This document shows positions 17,312 through 25,354 of a stretch of 64,000 bases of DNA, piece after piece. Position 1 is the first letter of the stretch; the number at the start of each line of letters is the position of its first letter. Both the position numbers and the translations under genes were made by a program. Below the pieces are notes generated by a model, which was not told the origin of the DNA, did no database searches, and was given only the letters and a program-made list of their open reading frames with translations. Source of the stretch: a virus. Its lineage: Duplodnaviria; Heunggongvirae; Uroviricota; Caudoviricetes. Location of the stretch: the IMG/VR virus record IMGVR_UViG_3300044451_000174, positions 10,722 to 74,721 of that record, one strand, 5' to 3'.

Positions 17312-18324
17312 TTCACTTTACCTTCGGTGAACTGAATCGACTTTGCGACACTCCCGAACAGGACTTGGAGCGTCTTCTCGATTTCGTACTTGGAGTCCGT
17401 TTTGTCCAGCACAATACCAACAAACCCGGTTGCGGACAAGATGGGTTTGACCTCGGACTCTCTCATTGTAGACGCGAACGCCTCGGCCGCGAGGTGACCG
17501 TTTTTAGTCATGTGGGCAGCACATGACCAGATCTGATCGACCTCCTGCATGTTGCCGCTGAGAATGAAGACCGGACACGGACCCTTCCCCAATGTTTTAT
17601 TCGCGTCACGTTTCACGAGCAAAAACTTGACGTGATTCGTCTGGGACGGCTTTCTTTCGTGGTCCTTGAGCTTCGGGAGCTTATCGAAGACGGAAACATC
17701 GGGAAGCTTCCCCGGCTCGTGGATGAAGTGGGCGAAGTCGCCGTAACTGAGTTCCCACTGGCCTTGTGTCGCCACCTCCCAGTTTTCGTAGGCGGCGCGA
17801 ATCAGTTCCCCGACTTCTTGTTTCTTAATGCCGCGAACGGTGCCGATGTGGTGAACGACCTCTTGGAAGTAATCGCTCTCTTCGGACTCGGCGATGTTGA
17901 CGGCGCGGTAGCACCACTTGCAGACGACCACGACCTCTTTCAGCACAACGGTACGGGTCGCGTAGTCGAGGTGCCAGATGTCGAGGCCGACTTCGGGGTT
18001 GGCGGTGCAGTAGAAGCACTCGTTGCCGTGACGGACGAGTGCTTCGTCCGTCAGGTTGGGCCAATACTTGCAGCAGCCCCTCTTGTTGAGGTGGTCGAGT
18101 CCTTTGCCGGCAGCGACGGAAGGAAGCACCAGAGGCGTCAGTGTGGGCTTGGACATGGCACGCTGGTCTTTCTCGAATTCACAGATCGGACAACCACAGA
18201 CGTTCTTCTTGGTCGGGTTGAACATCGCGGAGCCGTTCTTCCGGGCGACGAAGAACGGTCCTTGCTTCGCTGGTGTGGCGAGCGGCGGCAGAATGAACAT
18301 CTTGCCGTCCGGCACCTTGAACAT
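17308..18324 (-). CDS. Cys-rich hypothetical protein (339 aa)
   Basis: Start chosen at MFKVPDGK. Contains CGCPIC, CCKYW, CFYC and CKWC clusters. Confidence 0.45.
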   Translation of the reverse strand: MFKVPDGKMFILPPLATPAKQGPFFVARKNGSAMFNPTKKNVCGCPICEFEKDQRAMSKPTLTPLVLPSVAAGKGLDHLNKRGCCKYWPNLTDEALVRHGNECFYCTANPEVGLDIWHLDYATRTVVLKEVVVVCKWCYRAVNIAESEESDYFQEVVHHIGTVRGIKKQEVGELIRAAYENWEVATQGQWELSYGDFAHFIHEPGKLPDVSVFDKLPKLKDHERKPSQTNHVKFLLVKRDANKTLGKGPCPVFILSGNMQEVDQIWSCAAHMTKNGHLAAEAFASTMRESEVKPILSATGFVGIVLDKTDSKYEIEKTLQVLFGSVAKSIQFTEGKVK

Positions 18325-18326
18325 GC

Positions 18327-18605
18327 TCACTTGTGGATGCCCTGAGTGGCCGAGATAACTTCGAGGCCGAGGCCGATGAAGATGGTAAACACCCCGGCGC
18401 GTTCGATCACGGTGCCGACCAGATCGTGATGGCCGAGGTGTACGAAGTGTCTGAGGATCGGTTTCTGAGCTTTGTGGACGCTCTGTAGCTCGTTGCAAAC
18501 CTTGAGGGCTTCTTCCAGTAGTTGCGGGGGTTCGAGCTTCTGCGCCACTCCGATGCCGATCACTTCAACGTTGGGGGCATCTGGCTTGAACGGGAACGCG
18601 GTCAT
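18327..18605 (-). CDS. hypothetical protein (92 aa)
   Basis: ORF. A variant promoter motif, ctataactg, lies upstream. Confidence 0.45.
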   Translation of the reverse strand: MTAFPFKPDAPNVEVIGIGVAQKLEPPQLLEEALKVCNELQSVHKAQKPILRHFVHLGHHDLVGTVIERAGVFTIFIGLGLEVISATQGIHK

Positions 18606-18682
18606 TGGTTGTACCTTTGTGTTTGGTGTCAGGGACAGTTATAGATCGGCCAGAGCCACTTGTAAAGCAAGGCAAAACAAAA

Positions 18683-18710
18683 AGGCCCAGGTCGAATTCG
18701 ACCTGGGCCT
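18683..18710 (-). terminator. rho-independent terminator for the minus-strand gene 18729..19514
   Basis: Palindrome aggcccaggtcgaattcgacctgggcct, followed on the minus strand by a T-run. Confidence 0.65.
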
Positions 18711-18728
18711 TCCGGCTGAGGAGAGGGA

Positions 18729-19514
18729 TCAGCCTTGTGGGGCGGTGTCGGCCGGCTTGGTGGTGCCGATGCCGAGGTTCGCGAGGGTGGCCTTCGCCGA
18801 CTGCTTGGCCTTCCACTCGGCGGTCGCGGCCGACGACGCACTGGTCTGGTTCAGTTGCTTCGCCACTTCGACCGCACCGTTGTTGGTGTCGATCTGCTTC
18901 TGGATCTCTTCCGCGTACCCCGATGCCGCCGCGAGGCTACTGTGAGCCGAGGACTTCTGGAAGTTGATGCCGACGCTCGCCAGTTCCGCGCGGGTCGCCG
19001 AAAGGTCCAGCTTCACGCCGAGGCGGTCGGCTTCCTTCTCCAGATCGTCCGCACGCTTGACCGCTTCCTTGACCTGCGTCAGCACGCTGTTGTGCAGGGT
19101 CGTTTGTTCGCCAAGTTCCTTCGTCGCGTCGGCGGCGCGGGCCTGAGCGGTACTCAACTGCTCGGCGAGATCGAGCAGTACCGGGTCGTCGGTGTTGCCG
19201 TTCACCTCACGCGCCCGCTCGTTCACCTGCGCGGTCAGCACGTTCACTTCGCTGTTCGCCTCGTTGCTCTCGCGGGTCAGGCTGTTGATCTGGCCCTGAC
19301 TCTCGTTGAGCTTCGAGACGTACCCGGAGATCTCGCCCTTCGCGTCATCGACCGCTTGCTTCATGTTGTTGACCGCGTTGGCCTTGTCGATGTTCTTGAC
19401 GCCGGCCGACGCCGACGATCTGGCGTTGAACCAGAGCTTCTTGACGTTCTTCGCGCCCAAGACGAGCAGAACCGCACCGCCGAGGATCGCGAGGATGATG
19501 AGGAACGTGTTCAT
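18729..19514 (-). CDS. PspA/IM30-like coiled-coil protein with N-terminal membrane anchor
   Basis: N-terminal transmembrane segment, then LWFNARSSASAGVKNIDKANAVNNMKQAVDDAKGE. The coiled-coil pattern resembles the PspA/Vipp1 family. Confidence 0.45.
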   Translation of the reverse strand: MNTFLIILAILGGAVLLVLGAKNVKKLWFNARSSASAGVKNIDKANAVNNMKQAVDDAKGEISGYVSKLNESQGQINSLTRESNEANSEVNVLTAQVNERAREVNGNTDDPVLLDLAEQLSTAQARAADATKELGEQTTLHNSVLTQVKEAVKRADDLEKEADRLGVKLDLSATRAELASVGINFQKSSAHSSLAAASGYAEEIQKQIDTNNGAVEVAKQLNQTSASSAATAEWKAKQSAKATLANLGIGTTKPADTAPQG

Positions 19515-19573
19515 GGTCAGAATCCTTGTTTGTGTTTTGCGAAACAGTTAGGGGTTAAGGGACCGCAGCGGAA

Positions 19574-20254
19574 TCAGACGTTGATCCTTTCGGGCGGAAT
19601 CTCCCGCCCGACGAACACCTCAAGCCAGCCGCTGGCGCTGTCCTTCTGGACGTAGAGGTATTCGTTGACTTCCTGTTTGGCTTCATCCTGCGTGGTCCGC
19701 GAGAAGCCCCAGAGATCGATTCGTTTCAGGCCCACGTCGCTTTCGGAATCCTTGACGACGGTCACGTTGACGTGTTCGGCGGTCTTCAAACCCTGAAGAC
19801 GCCAGTATTTCTTCTCGTCTTCCGTCCCGGCATTGATCGCGAAGATGCCGCCCGGATCGTTGACGCCTTCCATCAGCCCCGGACGCGATTCGTCGTCCCA
19901 CGCGCACTCGAAATACTTGGTGAGTGCCACGATGCGGAAGTCGATCTTGTTCTTGCCGGTGTCGCCGTCACGCGGCACAGCCCGAAGGATCAGCGACTTG
20001 TTCTCGTCGGGGATCGCCTTGCCAGCCGTCGAGACGCCCGCCTCGACAACGTAGTCGGCCATCAGCACGCCGGTCCCGCGATCCAGAACGTGCAGTTCTT
20101 TCAGGTTGTAGAACACGCCTCGGAACTTCAGTGTATCCAGATGGAAGTTGGCACCGATCTTCACCTTGAACGGGTTGTGGACCTTCTCTTCGTTCGGAAC
20201 GAACTGGTTCCGACCCAAGATCCGATCCGCCAGTGTTCGCTTCTTATCGGCCAT
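19574..20254 (-). CDS. hypothetical protein (226 aa)
   Basis: ORF. Confidence 0.5.
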   Translation of the reverse strand: MADKKRTLADRILGRNQFVPNEEKVHNPFKVKIGANFHLDTLKFRGVFYNLKELHVLDRGTGVLMADYVVEAGVSTAGKAIPDENKSLILRAVPRDGDTGKNKIDFRIVALTKYFECAWDDESRPGLMEGVNDPGGIFAINAGTEDEKKYWRLQGLKTAEHVNVTVVKDSESDVGLKRIDLWGFSRTTQDEAKQEVNEYLYVQKDSASGWLEVFVGREIPPERINV

Positions 20255-20347
20255 TGTAGACCCTCCGAAAGTGTTTCGTCTGCACCGTTTGAGAATTTTG
20301 GCAATTCGTGCCGGGCGGTTAAGTCTCGCCCGGCACAGGGGTTGCGT

Positions 20348-20659
20348 TTACCGTACCGCCGCCGCGATCACTTGGAAGAAGCCGAGTACGAGGGCGGCGA
20401 CGACGATGGCGAGCGCGACGTTGGGTTGCTTGCCGTGGGTGACGATGTTGTTGTTGGCGTCACGCACGTCGGCGGTGCCGAGTAGTTCCTTGTTGAGATC
20501 GCCGGGCGTGAGCTTGTCGATCCACCGCCAGAACGGGTAGAACAGGGCGGCGGCGAAGACGACGGCGATCAGTGCCATCACGACGTGCGGCCAGAAGTCC
20601 GGCGGAAAGAAGCTCGCGTTTTCGGCGACGGTTTCGGCGGTAGCGAGAAGCGGGGTCAT
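20348..20659 (-). CDS. small membrane protein (103 aa, two transmembrane segments)
   Basis: Hydrophobic segments HVVMALIAVVFAAALFY and VALAIVVAALVLGFFQVIAAAV. Confidence 0.5.
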   Translation of the reverse strand: MTPLLATAETVAENASFFPPDFWPHVVMALIAVVFAAALFYPFWRWIDKLTPGDLNKELLGTADVRDANNNIVTHGKQPNVALAIVVAALVLGFFQVIAAAVR

Positions 20660-20705
20660 GGTCAGGCTCCAGTCTTTGGGTTCGACACAGGGTTAGGGGT
20701 TTCGG

Positions 20706-21812
20706 TTACCAGCGGTAGTGGAACACGAGCCAGTATAGACCAACCAGCCCGATAATGATCAGCGGAATGTAGACGAAAATCCAGAGCAAGGCTTTTCCTA
20801 CATTTCCGCCGCCCGACGAATGGTGCGTCGGCGGATCGTCGTACTCGTAGTAGTCAACCTGTTTCGGCCGGGGGTTCCAGCAGGCGTTGACGTACCCGTC
20901 ATCGTACATCATGTCGGCGTCAACCCCTCGCGGGGTGTACGTCACGTCTCTCGGAATCCCTTGCCGTTCGAGGGCGGCTACCCTTGCGCGAAGGTCGGCG
21001 TTCTGGGCGTACATGGCGTTGAGTCGAGCTTGGTCCATCGACATCTGGTGGTGGTACACCCAGAGGGACATCACGTCGATGGTTTGACTCGCCAACCAGT
21101 AATTCCAGTACGGGTGGTAGGAGTCGTTGTAGTGGACGATCACCGTTGACGGGTAGCGGCTGTAGTACGACCCGTAGAAGGTATCCGTCCGCTGCGAGCG
21201 GTTCTGCCATCGCGACTCGTCCAGCCGGCCGCGCAGATAGTCGGCAGACTTATCGTTTTTGGCAATCGGCACGTCTTTACCGGCAGGCGTTTTGTACGAC
21301 GCCGCAGGTGCTTCGGACTTCTCGTAGGACTTTCGGCTCTCGGTCTTTCGGGCTTCGGTTCCCGACAACTTGTCGAACGTTTCAGCCGCCGGTTTCTTGC
21401 TCACGGTGGTCGGCTGACGACCTTGAATCGGTGTCGTCGTCACCGTCTTGTTTGGAGGTGAGGTAGACCCGCCTCCAAAAACCGGCTTGTCTGTCGCACT
21501 GCCCTTTGCGACACCTGTCGGCGGATTCGACCCGCCGCTGAAACTCGGACGACTCGTTGCCGGCGGTTTCGCCGTACTGGTGGGAGGGTTGCTCCCGCCA
21601 CTGAACTTCGGGGTGCTGGAGGGAGCGGCACTGCTTCCTCCGCTAAACTTCGGAGCGCTACTGCTGCCGCCCGAAAACGCGGGCTTACTACTCCCGCCAC
21701 TGAAACTGGGGCGACTCGAACTGCCACTGCTGGACTTGGGCGGGCCGGCATAAGCGTTGCTGGCGAACAGCAAAGTAAAGGCCAGCGCCAGCCCGCACAT
21801 CTTTCTGATCAT
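20706..21812 (-). CDS. secreted low-complexity repeat protein with C-terminal membrane anchor (368 aa)
   Basis: Signal peptide MIRKMCGLALAFTLLFASNAYA. At least five P-x-FSGGS repeats. C-terminal hydrophobic LLWIFVYIPLIIIGLVGLYWLVF. Confidence 0.55.
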   Translation of the reverse strand: MIRKMCGLALAFTLLFASNAYAGPPKSSSGSSSRPSFSGGSSKPAFSGGSSSAPKFSGGSSAAPSSTPKFSGGSNPPTSTAKPPATSRPSFSGGSNPPTGVAKGSATDKPVFGGGSTSPPNKTVTTTPIQGRQPTTVSKKPAAETFDKLSGTEARKTESRKSYEKSEAPAASYKTPAGKDVPIAKNDKSADYLRGRLDESRWQNRSQRTDTFYGSYYSRYPSTVIVHYNDSYHPYWNYWLASQTIDVMSLWVYHHQMSMDQARLNAMYAQNADLRARVAALERQGIPRDVTYTPRGVDADMMYDDGYVNACWNPRPKQVDYYEYDDPPTHHSSGGGNVGKALLWIFVYIPLIIIGLVGLYWLVFHYRW

Positions 21813-21846
21813 TGAATCCTCCGTTACGGGCCGTTCATTGCCGGGT

Positions 21847-21856
21847 CAGTATAGAC
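21847..21856 (-). promoter_or_regulatory. recurring motif cagtatagac (minus-strand GTCTATACTG), candidate -10 region for gene 20706..21812
   Basis: About 37 nt upstream of the ATG. A GGAGG ribosome-binding site lies between the motif and the start codon. Confidence 0.45.
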
Positions 21857-21893
21857 AAACTTCCCAGGATTGTCGGCATTCGGGAAGTTTTTG

Positions 21894-22439
21894 TCAAGCG
21901 ATCTCTTCCGCAGCGTTCGCCAACAGGCGGATCACGGCCATGTTGGGAACCGAGGACGGGAACTTCCCGGTCGCTTTGCCAACGGCGAGGCAAAGGAAAT
22001 CGGCGGGAACAATCAACATAGCATAATCAGGCAACTCGTCCAGAGCCGCCGACACGTTCTCGTCAGTAGCTGGTTCGCGGATCGAGTCGTTCGCTTTAGC
22101 CGAAAGCGAAAAATGAGTCGCGAGCGCCCACGCCGTGTGTTCGCATCTCTCGAACGGGGCAGAGATTATCTCCAAATTACTGCGGTACAAAGAATTCAGT
22201 CGGGGCAGGCTACTTTGGATCTGGGCGATGCCTTTGCCGGTGAGTTTGTCGCCCTCGGCGTCGGCGTGACGGATCAGGACGATGTCCTTCATGTAGAACT
22301 GGCGGTCTTCCGATACGAACCGTTTGTGATCGTGGTGGTAGAAACCGCTCACGGCGTCGGCATCCGTCATACAGGCGGCGAGGCTTTCGCGAGTGGGTCC
22401 ACAGAGAACTTGACCGTGAATGAAAATGGCTGCTTGCAT
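21894..22439 (-). CDS. histidine phosphatase superfamily protein (SixA / phosphoglycerate-mutase-like)
   Basis: DIVLIRHADAEGDKLTGKG carries an RHA/RHG catalytic motif. An AAGGGG ribosome-binding site precedes the start at 22439. Confidence 0.45.
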   Translation of the reverse strand: MQAAIFIHGQVLCGPTRESLAACMTDADAVSGFYHHDHKRFVSEDRQFYMKDIVLIRHADAEGDKLTGKGIAQIQSSLPRLNSLYRSNLEIISAPFERCEHTAWALATHFSLSAKANDSIREPATDENVSAALDELPDYAMLIVPADFLCLAVGKATGKFPSSVPNMAVIRLLANAAEEIA

Positions 22440-22484
22440 GTGATCCCCTTTTTTGAAGTATAGCCGGTCTGGGGACTAGATAGG

Positions 22485-23069
22485 ATGAACCGATTTGCAA
22501 AGGAAACAATGTCGTTCGCAAACTACGTCAGACTTCGTAATCCACAACTCTTCGAGGCCATCGTCGGTGATCTGGGCATTGACCTGAGCGATCCAGGGAC
22601 GAGAGACGCCTTCGTTGCACAACTCCAACAGTCCGGCGCGGACCTCGAAAAAGTCGTCGCCAACGTACAGGCCAACCCGAACGCCAAACCCGACAAAGCG
22701 AAAATGGTCGCAGACCAAGAGTTCCAGAAGCAACAGAACATGCTCAACGGCAAAACCGTTCCGAAGGGCATCAACAAGAAAGACTGGGAGAGGGTTGTCG
22801 GCCTCATGACACCGACCGGCAAGCCAATTCCCAACCAGATCGGTAAGGGCAAAGGAGTCGATGTCGCCGGTGTATTGGAAAAGGGCGCGAAACAGGGCGC
22901 GGTGCCGGCGAACATCGACAAGCTGACCCCGCCGTGGTTGAAGATGAACAAGGTGACGCCGCCGGTCGCGTCTAAGACGCCGACAGTAGACCCGAAGCAC
23001 CCGATGACACCGAGCGAAGTAGCTGCGAGTAAAGCCAAGCCGAATCAGGTTATGGGCGGGGGAGCATAG
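22485..23069 (+). CDS. hypothetical Lys-rich protein (194 aa)
   Basis: A lone plus-strand ORF inside the minus-strand block. Confidence 0.45.
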   Translation: MNRFAKETMSFANYVRLRNPQLFEAIVGDLGIDLSDPGTRDAFVAQLQQSGADLEKVVANVQANPNAKPDKAKMVADQEFQKQQNMLNGKTVPKGINKKDWERVVGLMTPTGKPIPNQIGKGKGVDVAGVLEKGAKQGAVPANIDKLTPPWLKMNKVTPPVASKTPTVDPKHPMTPSEVAASKAKPNQVMGGGA

Positions 23070-23904
23070 TCGAAACGACCTTCTTCATGAAGTCGGTCGC
23101 GGGCGAAGTGTCGGCCCGCATGATCGCCGCGAACGGCGAATCCGAAAACCCGAACTTGTTGCCGTCGAGTTGATAGTAGATCTTGTTGAAATCCGGCGGC
23201 GAACCGTAGCAGTAGTTGATGAAGTTCGCGGTGAAGTTGGTATCCGTCATCTGACACTCCAGATTCATCGAAGTGTCGATGCTGTAGCGGTCGAAGTGTT
23301 CAAGCAACGACAAAGACATGCCCGCCCTAAAAAGACCCTTCACCTTCTTGTCTGACCCCGCCCTCAACAGTTGCCGGTAAGAATCGAATCCAATCAGTCT
23401 GGCACGCTCCACAACCCTGTAGAAGAACTCGGTGTGGACGTTTTTGAACCCGAAGATCTCACCGACCGGGAACCATTGCTTCCTCCCGCCCGACCTACGA
23501 GCAATCTCGTCTCCCGAAATCCCATAACTGGTAAGGTGGGAGAAAGTGAAATCAGATCGGCAGGCGAACGAAATGTTGGCGTCGAGTTTCTTCGGCGGGT
23601 GCCACAAAACGCAGTGCGGCGGCAAACTGATAAACGTCTGGGAAATCAAACTGCGGGCAGACGCCAACGCCAACGCATCGAGTCTCGCAACATCCGGGTC
23701 GGGATCGGTCGCCAATTTGATGGCGTGCAGACGAGGGAGATCGGCGAAGTGCTTGTGATACAAGTTGATCGTCGGCGTATCTTCGTTTACGACGAGAATG
23801 ACGCACAGATTCTCTTGCAGACCGTGGAGTTTGAAGCTCTGCGCGAGAATGGCGATCTGCCACTGGTAGTGAGGCGTGTTGGGTGCAACGACTAGGTAGT
23901 CCAT
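23050..23904 (-). CDS. hypothetical protein (284 aa)
   Basis: ORF. Confidence 0.5.
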   Translation of the reverse strand: MDYLVVAPNTPHYQWQIAILAQSFKLHGLQENLCVILVVNEDTPTINLYHKHFADLPRLHAIKLATDPDPDVARLDALALASARSLISQTFISLPPHCVLWHPPKKLDANISFACRSDFTFSHLTSYGISGDEIARRSGGRKQWFPVGEIFGFKNVHTEFFYRVVERARLIGFDSYRQLLRAGSDKKVKGLFRAGMSLSLLEHFDRYSIDTSMNLECQMTDTNFTANFINYCYGSPPDFNKIYYQLDGNKFGFSDSPFAAIMRADTSPATDFMKKVVSTMLPRP

Positions 23905-23917
23905 GCACTAAAGAGAG

Positions 23918-24226
23918 TCAGTTGGCGAGGAAGCCGTCGTAATACTCGCGAAAAAGTCGGCTGTAACACTTCCCCCACACCGAACCGTGTGCGTCCCGCT
24001 GTTTACCCCATGCTTCGACGTGAGCAAATTCGTGGATCATCACGTCGATGGCGTGGCTCATGGTCAATTCATTGGAAACCTTGATCAAGAAGTGATCGGA
24101 CTTCTCGATACAAAGACCCTCAACGTCGTCCGTCAGCTTCATCCGTCGAACTTTGACCGGCTTGTTGCTGCGGACGACCTTCTTCAAGAAACGCATCGAG
24201 TCGTAGAAGAGGGTGTAGGCCATCAA
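23918..24226 (-). CDS. SprT-like / zincin HExxH metalloprotease-domain protein (102 aa)
   Basis: AIDVMIHEFAHVEAW. Confidence 0.5.
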   Translation of the reverse strand: MMAYTLFYDSMRFLKKVVRSNKPVKVRRMKLTDDVEGLCIEKSDHFLIKVSNELTMSHAIDVMIHEFAHVEAWGKQRDAHGSVWGKCYSRLFREYYDGFLAN

Positions 24227-24232
24227 GCCTAT

Positions 24233-24748
24233 TTACGACACCACCCGGTTCAGAACGAACTCCACCTCTGGACGCTCTGCGCGAAACGTCCTGAACAACT
24301 CCTCGAACAGAACGAAGTGATCTTCCCGGTCCTCCCACAACCTAAGTCGTTGTGGATTAAGGGTTAAGAGTTGTCGCAGCCCCGAAGTTTTGCACTCGAA
24401 AGTGTTGATTCCGGGGCAGTCCTTCTGGCCCTGAAAATAGGTCAGGCCGAAGGCGAGGCCGTAGTGGGTGCAGATTTCGAGGACGCGATTGCGTAGTTTG
24501 TACGGTCGCCCCGTCATCAGCACGCGGAGATCGCATTCTTTGGCGCGGCAGATCTCGGCGACTTCTTGAATCAAGAACTCGTCACCCGGCTTCTCTGGGA
24601 AGACAGGAGGGATCAGAGATTCCAGTCGGCCGTAGAAACCGATGTGCGGCCACGGGTTCCCGGTCGCCGCGAGGAAGTCTTTCTCGGCTTGCTCGCGTCC
24701 GGGCGTCTTGACGAGTGTCCCGTCAAAATCGAAAACGTCGATATTCAC
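24233..24748 (-). CDS. HAD-superfamily phosphatase
   Basis: DVFDFDGTLV is HAD motif I. The start is uncertain. A GTG with a GGAG ribosome-binding site sits at 24748, and the longer ORF begins at 24910. Confidence 0.55.
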   Translation of the reverse strand: MNIDVFDFDGTLVKTPGREQAEKDFLAATGNPWPHIGFYGRLESLIPPVFPEKPGDEFLIQEVAEICRAKECDLRVLMTGRPYKLRNRVLEICTHYGLAFGLTYFQGQKDCPGINTFECKTSGLRQLLTLNPQRLRLWEDREDHFVLFEELFRTFRAERPEVEFVLNRVVS

Positions 24749-25026
24749 TTGTACTTCTCCTGAAACTTGCCGGTTTTGAGCCATCTGAGCCGCCAGCCCC
24801 CGCGAGCGGCAGCTTCTCTGCGTGTAGAACACTGATTGGGCATGCCCGCGAACTGATGGCAAACGCCGTTGTGCCAGACGCGGAACATCCACGGGTAGGG
24901 GTGGTTCCACCCGTGTTCAACTTTGTAGGTTTCGACGCGGTCTGTCACGGCTTCTCTCGGTTGTCCCAGACTCGGTTCTGCCCATCGGGTACGCAGAATG
25001 AATCGTAGAGAGTTTCTTCGACCCAT
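24745..25026 (-). CDS. hypothetical protein (93 aa or shorter)
   Basis: ORF. It overlaps its neighbours and the start is uncertain. Confidence 0.3.
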   Translation of the reverse strand: MGRRNSLRFILRTRWAEPSLGQPREAVTDRVETYKVEHGWNHPYPWMFRVWHNGVCHQFAGMPNQCSTRREAAARGGWRLRWLKTGKFQEKYK

Positions 25027-25286
25027 TTGAAGTAAAGCACCTTGATGCCTTCTTCGTCGCGGTACGGCGCGATCATGACCGCCCGATCTTCGATCTGTGC
25101 AAAGATCACTTTGATTTTATCGGGGTCCACGGTGTCGAGAACCTGTGTGCCTTGCGACCCGAAGACCAAACGGCGGAACTGCCCGTCCTCGAAAAGAGGG
25201 TACGCCTGAGCCGCAAGTTCCTTGATGAACTTCCACCCCAGATCGCGGATGATGAACGGCGTGGCTTGGACGCTGTATTCCAGCAC
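24945..25286 (-). CDS. hypothetical protein (113 aa), GTG start
   Basis: ORF. The start codon reads as GTG. Confidence 0.45.
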   Translation of the reverse strand: MLEYSVQATPFIIRDLGWKFIKELAAQAYPLFEDGQFRRLVFGSQGTQVLDTVDPDKIKVIFAQIEDRAVMIAPYRDEEGIKVLYFKWVEETLYDSFCVPDGQNRVWDNREKP

Positions 25287-25303
25287 GACATTACCCTCGG
25301 CGC

Positions 25304-25338
25304 AAAAAGAAGCCCTCCCTTGTTATAGGGAGGGCTTC
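25304..25338 (-). terminator. rho-independent terminator for 25355..26905
   Basis: gaagccctccc, loop ttgttata, gggagggcttc. On the minus strand a TTTTT run follows it. Confidence 0.65.
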
Positions 25339-25354
25339 GCTGTTTGTAAACCGA

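Noticed and set aside
17632-18345. 237-aa plus-strand ORF
   Set aside because: Antisense to the Cys-rich 339-aa minus-strand gene, which sits in a translationally coupled gene chain.
18683-18710. Palindrome with a GGTCGAATTCGACC core that resembles a tRNA T-arm
   Set aside because: A perfect 28-bp palindrome with no acceptor or anticodon arm structure. It fits an intrinsic terminator with a flanking A/T run.
19772-20485. 237-aa plus-strand ORF spanning two minus-strand genes and their intergenic terminator
   Set aside because: It crosses an intergenic hairpin and is antisense to minus-strand genes. It is unlikely to be coding.
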